Assembly: GCA_963674825.1 (NCBI GenBank)
Contig: OY771587.1
Location: 128,001-192,000, forward strand
Reading direction: 5' to 3'
Length of the DNA: 64,000 nt
Origin: Candidatus Cloacimonadales bacterium
GTDB taxonomy: Bacteria > Cloacimonadota > Cloacimonadia > Cloacimonadales > JAIOQZ01
The notes beneath the pieces were generated by a model. It had not been told where the DNA came from, searched no databases, and worked only from the letters and a program-made list of their open reading frames with translations. Shown here piece by piece: positions 19,500 to 28,460 of the stretch. The position numbers were made by a program, and so were the translations under genes. Numbering within the stretch: position 1 is the first letter of the stretch; every line of letters begins with the position of its first letter.

Positions 19500-20761
19500 C
19501 AAGCTGTAAGCGCGTTTTCGGTATCCCGTTCAATAAATCCATCCTGGGGTGGATCACCTACGACTTTGCCAATTCGGCCTTCGTGACCGTCATCGTCACC
19601 GTAGTTTATTCCGTATATTTCAAGAAACAAGTTGTGGGCAGCGAAGAGCTCGGAACCGCGCTTTGGGGTCGAGCCGTAAGCCTCTCCATGTTGATGGTAG
19701 CGCTCATCGCGCCTTTTTTAGGGGCAATTGCGGATCACTCAAGCTTCAAGAAGCGCTTTATGCTCATCTTCTGTTATCTGAGCGTGGCCTTCACCGGAGC
19801 GCTCTACTTCGTTAGAGCTGGGCATATCGCTGCGGGAATGTTTTTTTTCATCGTCGCAAACTTCGGTTTCAACGCATCCAACGTCTTCTACAACGCGTTT
19901 CTGCCCGAGCTCTGCACGAGACAGGACATGGGTAAAGTATCCGGTCTAGGCTGGGGATTCGGCTATGTGGGAGGTCTGCTAGCATTGCTACTAAGCTTGC
20001 CACTGGTTAGCCTCAACGTCCGCCTCGTTTTCCCGATGATCGCGCTATTCTACGGCCTCTTTGCCATCGTCACCTTCACGCTGCTCAAAGAGAAGAAAGC
20101 AGCGGCTTCGGCACCTAGCTCCTACATCAAAATCGCCGTCGGGAGAATCGCCAGCACGTTCCGCAATATCCGCAAGTTTCGCGACCTCGTTCGTTACCTG
20201 ATCGCCTACCTGATCTACAACGACGCTATCGTTGTCGTGATATCCTTTGCCGCTATTTACGGTTCCACCCGGTTCAACATGAATGCGCAGCAGCTCATCA
20301 TCTATTTCATCATCGCACAGGTAACATCCATCCTCGGATCGGTTGTGTTCGGCTATCTGATCGACATCCTCAAGGCACGTCTGACCATCACCATCACACT
20401 GTTCCTATGGACGCTTGTCGTGCTGTGGGCATACTTCTGCCGATCGGCCGGGGAGTACTATCTGGTGGGAATTCTGGCGGGGATCGCAATCGGCTCCAGC
20501 CAATCCAGCAGCAGAACCATGCTCGCACTGCTCACACCACGCGAAAAGATGGCGGAATTCTTCGGATTCTACTCGCTGACCGGACGCCTCGCATCCATCA
20601 TGGGACCGCTCGTGTACGGTGAAATCGCACGCGTAACCGGTGATCAACGCAAGGCAATCCTCGCTGTGCTGGTTTTCTTTGTCGTAGGAGGCATTATCCT
20701 GCAATTTGTGAACGAAAATCGTGGTGCTGAGCTCGCTGAAGAGTGGAAAGAAGAAGCGTAA
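19496..20761 (+). CDS. MFS transporter (UMF1/ATG22-like)
   Basis: WITYDFANSAF, FYNAFLP, GKVSGLGWGFGYVG; about 12 TM helices. Confidence 0.9.
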   Translation: MTSCKRVFGIPFNKSILGWITYDFANSAFVTVIVTVVYSVYFKKQVVGSEELGTALWGRAVSLSMLMVALIAPFLGAIADHSSFKKRFMLIFCYLSVAFTGALYFVRAGHIAAGMFFFIVANFGFNASNVFYNAFLPELCTRQDMGKVSGLGWGFGYVGGLLALLLSLPLVSLNVRLVFPMIALFYGLFAIVTFTLLKEKKAAASAPSSYIKIAVGRIASTFRNIRKFRDLVRYLIAYLIYNDAIVVVISFAAIYGSTRFNMNAQQLIIYFIIAQVTSILGSVVFGYLIDILKARLTITITLFLWTLVVLWAYFCRSAGEYYLVGILAGIAIGSSQSSSRTMLALLTPREKMAEFFGFYSLTGRLASIMGPLVYGEIARVTGDQRKAILAVLVFFVVGGIILQFVNENRGAELAEEWKEEA

Positions 20762-20899
20762 GCAGATTCGTTCAAGGCCGGTGCAAGCGTGTTCATTCAC
20801 GTCGAAGGCGTGGTGTTACACGCTGTCGCAGCGGAATTGATCGAATGTGCGTCGCGGAATCCGTTCGCCATAAGCAAACGGCATTCTGAGGCAAGACCG

Positions 20900-21259
20900 C
20901 TACTCGGTTATCATCATCTCGTCGTCATCACCCAGAATACGGATATAAACCTTGTTGGGTACACAAATGATCGGTCTTGCCGGCGTAGAGCTCCAGCCCT
21001 GTTGCACGCATACTTGATGCGGACAGGTCGATCGTAACATATGAACCTTGCCATCCTTGATCTCAGCCGCAATCCCGTCGTCGATCTCGATGATCTGATC
21101 CTCCGACAGCAGAAACGTCCCGATTAATCGGTCACCGTAGCGAATTTCGACCTTGCTGCCGCTCTGCTTGTGGAAATGCGCGAATAGCACGCCGGATATC
21201 ACCAGAAAAACCACGATCAGCGCGATATCGGCACGCGTGATAAGCGATCGAAGCTTCAC
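20900..21259 (-). CDS. NusG domain II-containing membrane protein
   Basis: GTG start overlapping the amrS stop; STCPHQVCVQQGW...PIICVPNK. Confidence 0.85.
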   Translation of the reverse strand: MKLRSLITRADIALIVVFLVISGVLFAHFHKQSGSKVEIRYGDRLIGTFLLSEDQIIEIDDGIAAEIKDGKVHMLRSTCPHQVCVQQGWSSTPARPIICVPNKVYIRILGDDDEMMITE

Positions 21260-22242
21260 TTCCACACTCCATGAATAGCCTTGCCACAACTTCCGCATCG
21301 CGAACCGTCCATTCCTCTTATTGCCACATGATAACCGCTACGCTCGATGACTAGTTCACCGCAGTTCGGGCAGTAGGTACTGGTTCGTTCATCGGAAATC
21401 ACATTTCCTAGATAGACATTGCTGAGCTTCTCTTTTGCGATCTCGTATGCCCTATCAAGCGTCGAGACGGAGGTAGCCGGATTGGTCATCTTGTAGGTCG
21501 GGTAGTATCGGCTGAAGTGTACGGGAATCTCTCGATCGATTGACGCCAAGAAATCGACCAACGCGGAAATTTCCTCATCGCCGTCATTCTCGTCGGTGAT
21601 TAAAAGATTTGTGACTTCCACAAGGCACTGCTTCGCGGCGATCCTGATCGTCTCTTTTACCGGTTCGAGCCTTCCGCCACAGATCTCGCGATAAAAAACA
21701 TCGTTCATCGACTTCAGGTCGATATTCATGGCATCGACGTATGGTAAAAGCTCCCGTAGTGGTTCCGGGTTGATATAGCCGTTAGTGACCAGAATCGATT
21801 TTAATCCAGCCTCTTGGAGCGCTCTGGAAGCATCCAGCACATATTCGTACCAGGTTAGCGGCTCTGTGTAAGTGAAGGCAACCGCCGGCGAATTCTCACG
21901 CTTGCATAGCATCACCAGTTCATCTGGCAATAGCCGTCGCGACGGGCAATCCCCCTGACTGATGCTATAATTCTGACAAAAGCTGCACCGCATGTTACAG
22001 GAATTATGCCCGATCGACAGCACCTTGCTTGTCGGCAGCATATGGTAAAGTGGCTTTTTCTCTATCGGATCAAGACTGAGCGAAACCGTCAGCCCATAGG
22101 ATTCGGCGTAGAGCATGCCATCATGGTTAGCTCGTGCACGACAAAGCCCTTTCTTACCATCGGCTATCCGGCATTCGTGGGGACACAAGTGGCATATCAC
22201 ACTGTTGTCATCTTGTTTCTCGTAAAAATGTGCCTCATGCAT
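21256..22242 (-). CDS. amrS: AmmeMemoRadiSam system radical SAM enzyme
   Basis: CHLCPHEC...GLCRAR, DPIEKKPLYH, CNMRCSFCQN, FTYTEP, NIDLKS. Confidence 0.93.
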   Translation of the reverse strand: MHEAHFYEKQDDNSVICHLCPHECRIADGKKGLCRARANHDGMLYAESYGLTVSLSLDPIEKKPLYHMLPTSKVLSIGHNSCNMRCSFCQNYSISQGDCPSRRLLPDELVMLCKRENSPAVAFTYTEPLTWYEYVLDASRALQEAGLKSILVTNGYINPEPLRELLPYVDAMNIDLKSMNDVFYREICGGRLEPVKETIRIAAKQCLVEVTNLLITDENDGDEEISALVDFLASIDREIPVHFSRYYPTYKMTNPATSVSTLDRAYEIAKEKLSNVYLGNVISDERTSTYCPNCGELVIERSGYHVAIRGMDGSRCGSCGKAIHGVWK

Positions 22243-23464
22243 GATTCTTCAACACCTCAAGCACTGCCTTGAAATTCTTTTCCAGACTGTGCCGATTCTT
22301 TTCCAGTGCTACTCGTGCATTCGAGCCCATCTGATTTCGGAGCGTATCGCTGGTAATAAACTGCTCCAGTACAATCACAAGCTGGCTGTCCTGCACGATT
22401 CGAATCGCGTTGTTTTCCAGCAGGATTCTCACGGTATCCGCGCAGGAAGAGTGAAACGGCCCCATCAGGACGGGTTTGCTGTAATACGAGGGTTCTAGCG
22501 GATTGTGTCCTCCGAAGTCGAAGAAACTACCGCCCACAAGCGCTAGATCGCAGATCGCGTATGCCTTGTTCAAGATCCCCATGCTGTCGATAACAAGAAC
22601 ATCCGCGCTCTTTTCTTCACTCAAGCGCGCGGTGTCGAGTGCGAAAAACGATTCCAGAACCTCACGAAGACGGTCCAGATGCCTGGGTGCGATGACCAGT
22701 TTTATATTAGGATACTGCTTTTTCAAGCTCCTGAATGCGTTACCGATCATCTTCTCTTCGCCAGGACGCGAACTGCCAAATGTCAAGATGAAATCCGTCG
22801 CCTGGAAACCCCATTCTTTGCGAACCGCAGCCACATCGTATTCCGGCAGCTCGATCGCGAATTTCAAGTTTCCGGTGTTCTGCACGTTCTGAAAACCCAA
22901 TTCCAGATAGTGCGCAGCATCTGCTTCGGACTGCGCACATACGACGTCGATATTCTTCCAGAGGGGAACCCACAGGAACGACATCTTGCGATAAGGTTTC
23001 ACCGATTTCGCGGTCAGGCGGCCATTGACCACCACAACGGGAACCCGGAACCATCCCGCCACCAGCAGCAGATTAGGCCACATCTCGGTCTCGGCCACAA
23101 TGATGGCATTGGGCCTCAACGTTTTCATCCGGTGTATCAAAGCAGGAAGATAGTCATACGGGAAAAGTGTAGCCTGGAAAATGCCCTTGATTCCCGAGGC
23201 GGTACGCTGTCCTGTCGTGGTCATAGTGGTAATGGAGACTCGGTATTCGCTGAGATTATGTATACAGTGGTTAATCAATGGCTTGACAGCGTTTATCTCA
23301 CCCACCGATGATGCATGAAACCACAGCGTCTTCGGAGATTTCCTAAGTCGTGGAAACAGCCGGTAAGTCTCTTTTCTGAAGACTCTGCGGTATAAAACAA
23401 GCAGTGGAACGAGGATCAGACTCGCTACATTGTATAAAATCAAGCTTAACCAGTTCATATTCAT
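22235..23464 (-). CDS. waaA: 3-deoxy-D-manno-octulosonic acid transferase
   Basis: WFHASSVGE, TMTTTG, ETEMWPN, NGRL, TGNLKF, APRH, VGGSF, GGHNPLEP. Confidence 0.95.
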   Translation of the reverse strand: MNMNWLSLILYNVASLILVPLLVLYRRVFRKETYRLFPRLRKSPKTLWFHASSVGEINAVKPLINHCIHNLSEYRVSITTMTTTGQRTASGIKGIFQATLFPYDYLPALIHRMKTLRPNAIIVAETEMWPNLLLVAGWFRVPVVVVNGRLTAKSVKPYRKMSFLWVPLWKNIDVVCAQSEADAAHYLELGFQNVQNTGNLKFAIELPEYDVAAVRKEWGFQATDFILTFGSSRPGEEKMIGNAFRSLKKQYPNIKLVIAPRHLDRLREVLESFFALDTARLSEEKSADVLVIDSMGILNKAYAICDLALVGGSFFDFGGHNPLEPSYYSKPVLMGPFHSSCADTVRILLENNAIRIVQDSQLVIVLEQFITSDTLRNQMGSNARVALEKNRHSLEKNFKAVLEVLKNHA

Positions 23465-23561
23465 CCTGTAACGTGATATTCTACTCGATATCAAGCATCC
23501 TGCACGTAATTCTTGACAAGATAAAAATTCAGAAAATCCTATCACATGTAAAGGAGAGTCC

Positions 23562-23978
23562 ATGTCAACCATAGAAACGCCAAGTATCCACCGCAAGTAT
23601 CCGGTGTCGTCCACTGCCAAGCTCATTTTGCTGGTTGCCGTCATCTTCGGCCTCGGGGTTCGCTCCTGCCTGAACCGCAGCGACAAAAAGAATATCCTGA
23701 TCTCGGATGTGATGATTACGGATTACACGACCATCTCGGCGGACGTCTCTTTCGAAGTAGAAAACAAGGCTGGACACGGCTACGAAGACGTGAAGATCAT
23801 GATCAAGGTCTATACCAACGATGGCGAAGAAGTTGCCAGCAGGCTGACGACGGTTGATTTGAAATCGAAGTCTCAGAGACGATTCGTCAAGGTGTTGGAT
23901 AAATTCGACCGGCCCATGACGGATGATGAAGTTCCCTATGCTGACGTGACCCTCTATAAACCAGGAATTTTCGATTAA
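23562..23978 (+). CDS. hypothetical membrane-anchored protein
   Basis: AAGGAG RBS; one TM helix then a beta-rich domain. Confidence 0.7.
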   Translation: MSTIETPSIHRKYPVSSTAKLILLVAVIFGLGVRSCLNRSDKKNILISDVMITDYTTISADVSFEVENKAGHGYEDVKIMIKVYTNDGEEVASRLTTVDLKSKSQRRFVKVLDKFDRPMTDDEVPYADVTLYKPGIFD

Positions 23979-23980
23979 AG

Positions 23981-24262
23981 GTGGAAACAATGTACAAACT
24001 TCCCGATGAACATCTCGAATATGCTAAAAAAATCGCACAGGAAAATCGCAAGAAGAAGAGCTGCAATCTCTGCTACGATCGCGCCTGGACCGGCGTTAAC
24101 CAGGAAAACTACCTGATCCTCTGCCACAAGTGCGTAGATATGGAAAAAGCCCACGAAGCCTGGAAAGAATACGTGCGTGGCGTTCCCGAACTTAAAGCCG
24201 AGTTTGCCGAACTGTTTGAGGACGAAAAAAACGAAGCAGATGAGCCAGCCGAATCGGATTGA
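23981..24262 (+). CDS. small protein with two CxxC motifs
   Basis: CNLC and CHKC; operonic spacing. Confidence 0.7.
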   Translation: METMYKLPDEHLEYAKKIAQENRKKKSCNLCYDRAWTGVNQENYLILCHKCVDMEKAHEAWKEYVRGVPELKAEFAELFEDEKNEADEPAESD

Positions 24263-24668
24263 TTATCGAGATGACGTTATCCCGGATCGCGAGCAGCTCA
24301 TAGCACTCTACAGCAAACATGGATGGACAGCCTACACCGACCATCCCGAAAAACTTGAGACAGCGATACGGTCATCCTCTTTTGTCGCGACAGCCTGGCA
24401 TGGCAAAACGCTTGTCGGGCTTGCGCGAACGCTCTCGGACGAGACGACCGTTATGTACCTGCAAGATATCCTCGTCCACCCGGAATATACCCGACACGGC
24501 ATCGGAAAAACGCTGCTTGAAATGTGCTTGAAACGTTATAAGCATGTGCGCCAGCGTGTGCTGCTGACCGACGACAGACCTGAGCAGAAAGCCTTTTACG
24601 AATCTCTCGGATTCACGAACATCAAAGACTTTACAGCCGCTAATCTAAACTGCTTTGTCCGATTCTGA
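24240..24668 (+). CDS. GNAT family N-acetyltransferase
   Basis: LVGLAR, YLQDILVHPEYTRHGIGK, FYESLGF. Confidence 0.9.
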   Translation: MSQPNRIDYRDDVIPDREQLIALYSKHGWTAYTDHPEKLETAIRSSSFVATAWHGKTLVGLARTLSDETTVMYLQDILVHPEYTRHGIGKTLLEMCLKRYKHVRQRVLLTDDRPEQKAFYESLGFTNIKDFTAANLNCFVRF

Positions 24669-25419
24669 TCTCATCGAATCCAGTCAGGACATCAAAGCCA
24701 TCGTTACCTGCAAATGCAATCAGGTAAATCTTGTGCTTCCATGCAAGGTGGATCGCTTCGGAGGTTGCAGCAGACTGCGATATAATCGCTGCGAAGCCTA
24801 GCCTGACCGCCTTTCTCACGACCTGCGTCGATATCCTGCCACTGCATACCAGCACACAATCTCCTACCGGGACATCCTCCAGGATAACCAGTCCACACAC
24901 TTTGTCTACAGCGTTGTAACGGCTGATATCTTCCGCAAAATAGAGCTGTGTTCCCTCATACAACACCGCGGCACAGTGAACACCTTTGGTCTCAATGTTC
25001 AAGTGTGATTGAATGCTGAATTTTTCCAGCTCCGGAAGCAGAACCACTGGATCAAGCTGCAGCTCAGGAAAAGCCTGCCTACTATCCTCGACGTCCGATC
25101 CATACCCGGGTTCGTTGCCATAATGGTTACGGAACATCGAAATGCGACGGTCGTCGATCGTGGCTGCGACATCGACAACCAATGGATCGCGCGTAATATC
25201 AAGCCCCATATACTCTTCGATATCGCGAAGAATCCCCTCGGAGAATACATAACCCACCGCCAGCTCTTCCAGCATATCGGGAAGCACCGAAAGCTTTACC
25301 AGCTTCTGGCCGTCGATCTTCAATTCCATCGATCGTTCTTGAGCACTCAGCCTCGTTTTCATCTCGTAGCGCCCTTTGCGGTACGCCCCAATCTCGTGCA
25401 GATATCGTTTGTCGTCCAT
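24640..25419 (-). CDS. fdhD: FdhD/NarQ family sulfurtransferase-like protein (degenerate motifs)
   Basis: ELAVGYVFSEG, TKGVHCAA, EDISRYNAVDK, SGRIS, SAATSEAI. Confidence 0.85.
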   Translation of the reverse strand: MDDKRYLHEIGAYRKGRYEMKTRLSAQERSMELKIDGQKLVKLSVLPDMLEELAVGYVFSEGILRDIEEYMGLDITRDPLVVDVAATIDDRRISMFRNHYGNEPGYGSDVEDSRQAFPELQLDPVVLLPELEKFSIQSHLNIETKGVHCAAVLYEGTQLYFAEDISRYNAVDKVCGLVILEDVPVGDCVLVCSGRISTQVVRKAVRLGFAAIISQSAATSEAIHLAWKHKIYLIAFAGNDGFDVLTGFDEIRIGQSSLD

Positions 25420-25605
25420 ACTTTGTCCTTTCGTCCACATGAAACCATCAACCTCACACTCATCCACCCTCGATACGTGCATCGAGTTACTCTGGATGAC
25501 AAGGAGGGGAATTGGTTCCTGTCTCCTCCCCTATATTTTTCCGAATAGAACTTGTCAAAACAAAAGCGAGATGTTTCTTTGAGAAAAACGTTTCGGGAGT
25601 TGAGA

Positions 25606-27801
25606 ATGAGATCCGTTTACCTCGATTACAACGCAACCACGCCGATCGATCCGGAAGTCGCAGCAGCGATGCAACCATTTCTGGGTGAATATTTTGGTAA
25701 TCCATCCAGCAGCCATTACTATGGTGTTCAAACACGCAAAGCGGTTGAAGAAGCACGCAAACATGTCGCCAACCTGCTGCACGCACACCCGGATGAGATC
25801 ATCTTTACCAGCGGTGGCACCGAATCGAATAACTATGCCATCAAGGGAATCGCATTGACCCGTCGCAATCGAGGCAACCACATCATCACAACCGCCATCG
25901 AGCATCCGGCCGTTGTCGAGGTGTGCCGATATCTTGAAAAGCAGGGCTTCCGAATCACCTTCCTCCCGGTTGATGCTGACGGCTTGGTGAATCCCGTCGA
26001 TCTGCAGAAAGCGATCACACCGCAGACAATCCTGGTTAGCGTCATGCACGCCAACAACGAAGTCGGCACCATCCAACCGATTTCCGAACTCTCCGCCATA
26101 GCGCATAGCCACAAGGTCGCGTTCCATTGCGATGCCGCGCAATCGGTAGGTAAAATCCCGGTTCATGTAGACGAGATGGGAATCGATCTGTTGTCTGTAG
26201 CTGGGCACAAGCTTTACGCTCCCAAAGGTATTGGCGCTCTGTATATCAAGCGAGGAATCACACTGGAGAAGCTTATTCACGGCGCGGATCACGAGCAAAA
26301 TCTCCGAGCCGGAACCGAGAACATTCTGGAGATTGCCGGGCTCGGCAAAGCCTGTGAAATTGCCGCTCGCGACCTCGAGAAGAACATGGATCACATGCGA
26401 AAGATGCGCGATCTCTTGCAACACGGGTTGCAGGAATCCGGACTCGATTTCCGACTGAACGGACATGAAGAGAAACGGCTTCCCAACACGCTTAGCCTGT
26501 CGTTCAAGGGTGTCGAAGCAAATACGGCGCTATCTGAACTTGACGACGTCGCCGCGTCAGCCGGCGCAGCATGCCACTCGGATCAGGTGGATGTCTCGGC
26601 GGTACTGGAGGCGATGAAAGTACCGATCGAATATGCGATGGGCACGATTCGGCTCTCCACCGGCCGTACAACGACCGAAGAAGACATTCAATTTGCGGTT
26701 AAACGCATGACCGAGGTCATATCCCGATTCCAGAACGTCGAGGATGAAGCACCCTCGCAGATGATCGCCACCTCGGAAATCAAGCTAACACATTTCACGC
26801 ACGGCATGGGCTGCGCTTGCAAGATTGAGCCGGATGTGCTGGAGAAGGTATTGCGTAAGCTTCCACAGCCGATTCATGAAAATATTTTGGTTGGAACTTC
26901 CACCGCCGACGACGCCGCAGTCTATAAGATTTCTGACGATCAGGCCGTTGTGGTAACACTCGACTTCTTCACTCCCATCGCAGATGATCCATACACCTTT
27001 GGACAGATCGCGGCCGCGAACGCCCTCAGCGACCTCTATGCCATGGGTGCAACACCGCTTTTCGGTTTGAACATCGTCGCCTTCCCCATCAAGCGGTTAC
27101 CACTCGAGGTGCTGGAAGCAGTGCTCAAAGGTGCTCAATCCAAGGCGGACGAGGCAGGCATCTTCATCATCGGCGGTCACTCCATTGAGGATCCCGAGCT
27201 GAAATACGGGATGGTCGCGGTCGGAGTTGTACATCCCGATAAGATCTGGCGCAACGCGGGAATCAAGCCGGGCGATTCTCTTATCCTGACCAAACCTATC
27301 GGAACCGGCGTCCTCTCGACCGCGCTCAAACGCGGCTTGCTGGACAGCGCTCAGGAAGAGAAGCTCTATGAAAACATGTCCACGCTAAATGCCGAAGCGT
27401 ACTCCGTGTTGAAAGAATACCCGGTCAGCGCCTGTACCGACGTAACCGGTTTTGGTCTGCTGGGGCATCTTACCGAGATGTCCGTTCACAGCAAGATGGA
27501 TGTGGAGATTGTTGCGAACGATGTGCCGGTAATGGAGAACGTCATGGAGCTGATCGCAGCGAACGTGGTTCCAGGCGGTACGCGCGCGAATCTGAATCAC
27601 GTTGAGCATCTGGTACATTGGGACCTGGCTTTGCCACAGAAGCTGCTTCTGTGCGATGCGCAAACATCCGGTGGTCTATTGGCGTCACTGCCTTCGGGGC
27701 AAGCCCAAGACGCAATGGAAAAGCTTCAGGAGAAGGGTCTCAATGCAAGGATTATCGGAAAAGCGCTTCAGGAAGGATCGGGAAAGATTTTCGTTCGGTA
27801 G
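25606..27801 (+). CDS. selD: cysteine desulfurase/selenocysteine lyase (class V PLP) fused to selenide, water dikinase
   Basis: N-half YLDYNATTP, FTSGGTESNN, GHKLYAPKG, SAGAACHS; C-half HGMGCACK, DDAAVY, DFFTP, ANALSDLYAMG, TDVTGFGLLGH, DAQTSGGLL; one continuous frame. Confidence 0.93.
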   Translation: MRSVYLDYNATTPIDPEVAAAMQPFLGEYFGNPSSSHYYGVQTRKAVEEARKHVANLLHAHPDEIIFTSGGTESNNYAIKGIALTRRNRGNHIITTAIEHPAVVEVCRYLEKQGFRITFLPVDADGLVNPVDLQKAITPQTILVSVMHANNEVGTIQPISELSAIAHSHKVAFHCDAAQSVGKIPVHVDEMGIDLLSVAGHKLYAPKGIGALYIKRGITLEKLIHGADHEQNLRAGTENILEIAGLGKACEIAARDLEKNMDHMRKMRDLLQHGLQESGLDFRLNGHEEKRLPNTLSLSFKGVEANTALSELDDVAASAGAACHSDQVDVSAVLEAMKVPIEYAMGTIRLSTGRTTTEEDIQFAVKRMTEVISRFQNVEDEAPSQMIATSEIKLTHFTHGMGCACKIEPDVLEKVLRKLPQPIHENILVGTSTADDAAVYKISDDQAVVVTLDFFTPIADDPYTFGQIAAANALSDLYAMGATPLFGLNIVAFPIKRLPLEVLEAVLKGAQSKADEAGIFIIGGHSIEDPELKYGMVAVGVVHPDKIWRNAGIKPGDSLILTKPIGTGVLSTALKRGLLDSAQEEKLYENMSTLNAEAYSVLKEYPVSACTDVTGFGLLGHLTEMSVHSKMDVEIVANDVPVMENVMELIAANVVPGGTRANLNHVEHLVHWDLALPQKLLLCDAQTSGGLLASLPSGQAQDAMEKLQEKGLNARIIGKALQEGSGKIFVR

Positions 27802-28460
27802 TCGTCAGGATCTGAGAAGTCAAGCCACATACGGTTGATACGCGCGTCCATTGAGGGTTCGATATCACGATAGCGTTTCCGGCGTTTGTCGAACCGATCG
27901 ATCCAGACAGGAAATAGTGACCGCCACCGGTCCAGTCGCAAATAACCTTCCTGGAATACGCTCAGATAGGAACGCACAGCGTTTCGAAACATGGATGAAG
28001 GGTACTCAGAGGCCAGGAACAGCAAAAAATGGATAGCATCTTCTTCTGGTTCGCTCATTTGGCTCTCTTCGAAATCGATCATCCACCAGATATTCCCATC
28101 GTAAAGATAATTCCGTGGATTCGTATCGATATGACATAGCGACAGTCCATCGTGCTGTTTCAGGCCGTGAAGCTTCTGATGAAGCCGCGCGATTGGTCTA
28201 AAATCAACGTGCTGATCGCATGTAATGTACTGGAATAAGGTAACCGATGGGATGTAGCTTAGAATCAGCGTGTCACGATTGTTATGATCGAGTAACTGGG
28301 GAGCAAAATCCGGTTTGAGATGATAGATCTTCAACTCGGGATATAAAGAATCTGGATCATGAAACTTCTTAGTGACAGTCTGGCTTTCGGGGTCGATCAG
28401 GAGAATCGATTTACCCGTCTGGATGGTTCTAACTGTTTTCTTGTTTGCTGTCTTCTCCAT
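27768..28460 (-). CDS. APH/protein-kinase-like phosphotransferase
   Basis: HIDTNPRN catalytic-loop motif and IDFE metal-binding motif. Confidence 0.75.
   Translation of the reverse strand: MEKTANKKTVRTIQTGKSILLIDPESQTVTKKFHDPDSLYPELKIYHLKPDFAPQLLDHNNRDTLILSYIPSVTLFQYITCDQHVDFRPIARLHQKLHGLKQHDGLSLCHIDTNPRNYLYDGNIWWMIDFEESQMSEPEEDAIHFLLFLASEYPSSMFRNAVRSYLSVFQEGYLRLDRWRSLFPVWIDRFDKRRKRYRDIEPSMDARINRMWLDFSDPDDYRTKIFPDPS

Noticed and set aside
23465..23686. Long N-terminal extension of waaA in the ORF track
   Set aside because: It overlaps the divergent gene at 23562; the typical WaaA N-terminal TM begins at MNMNWL (23464).
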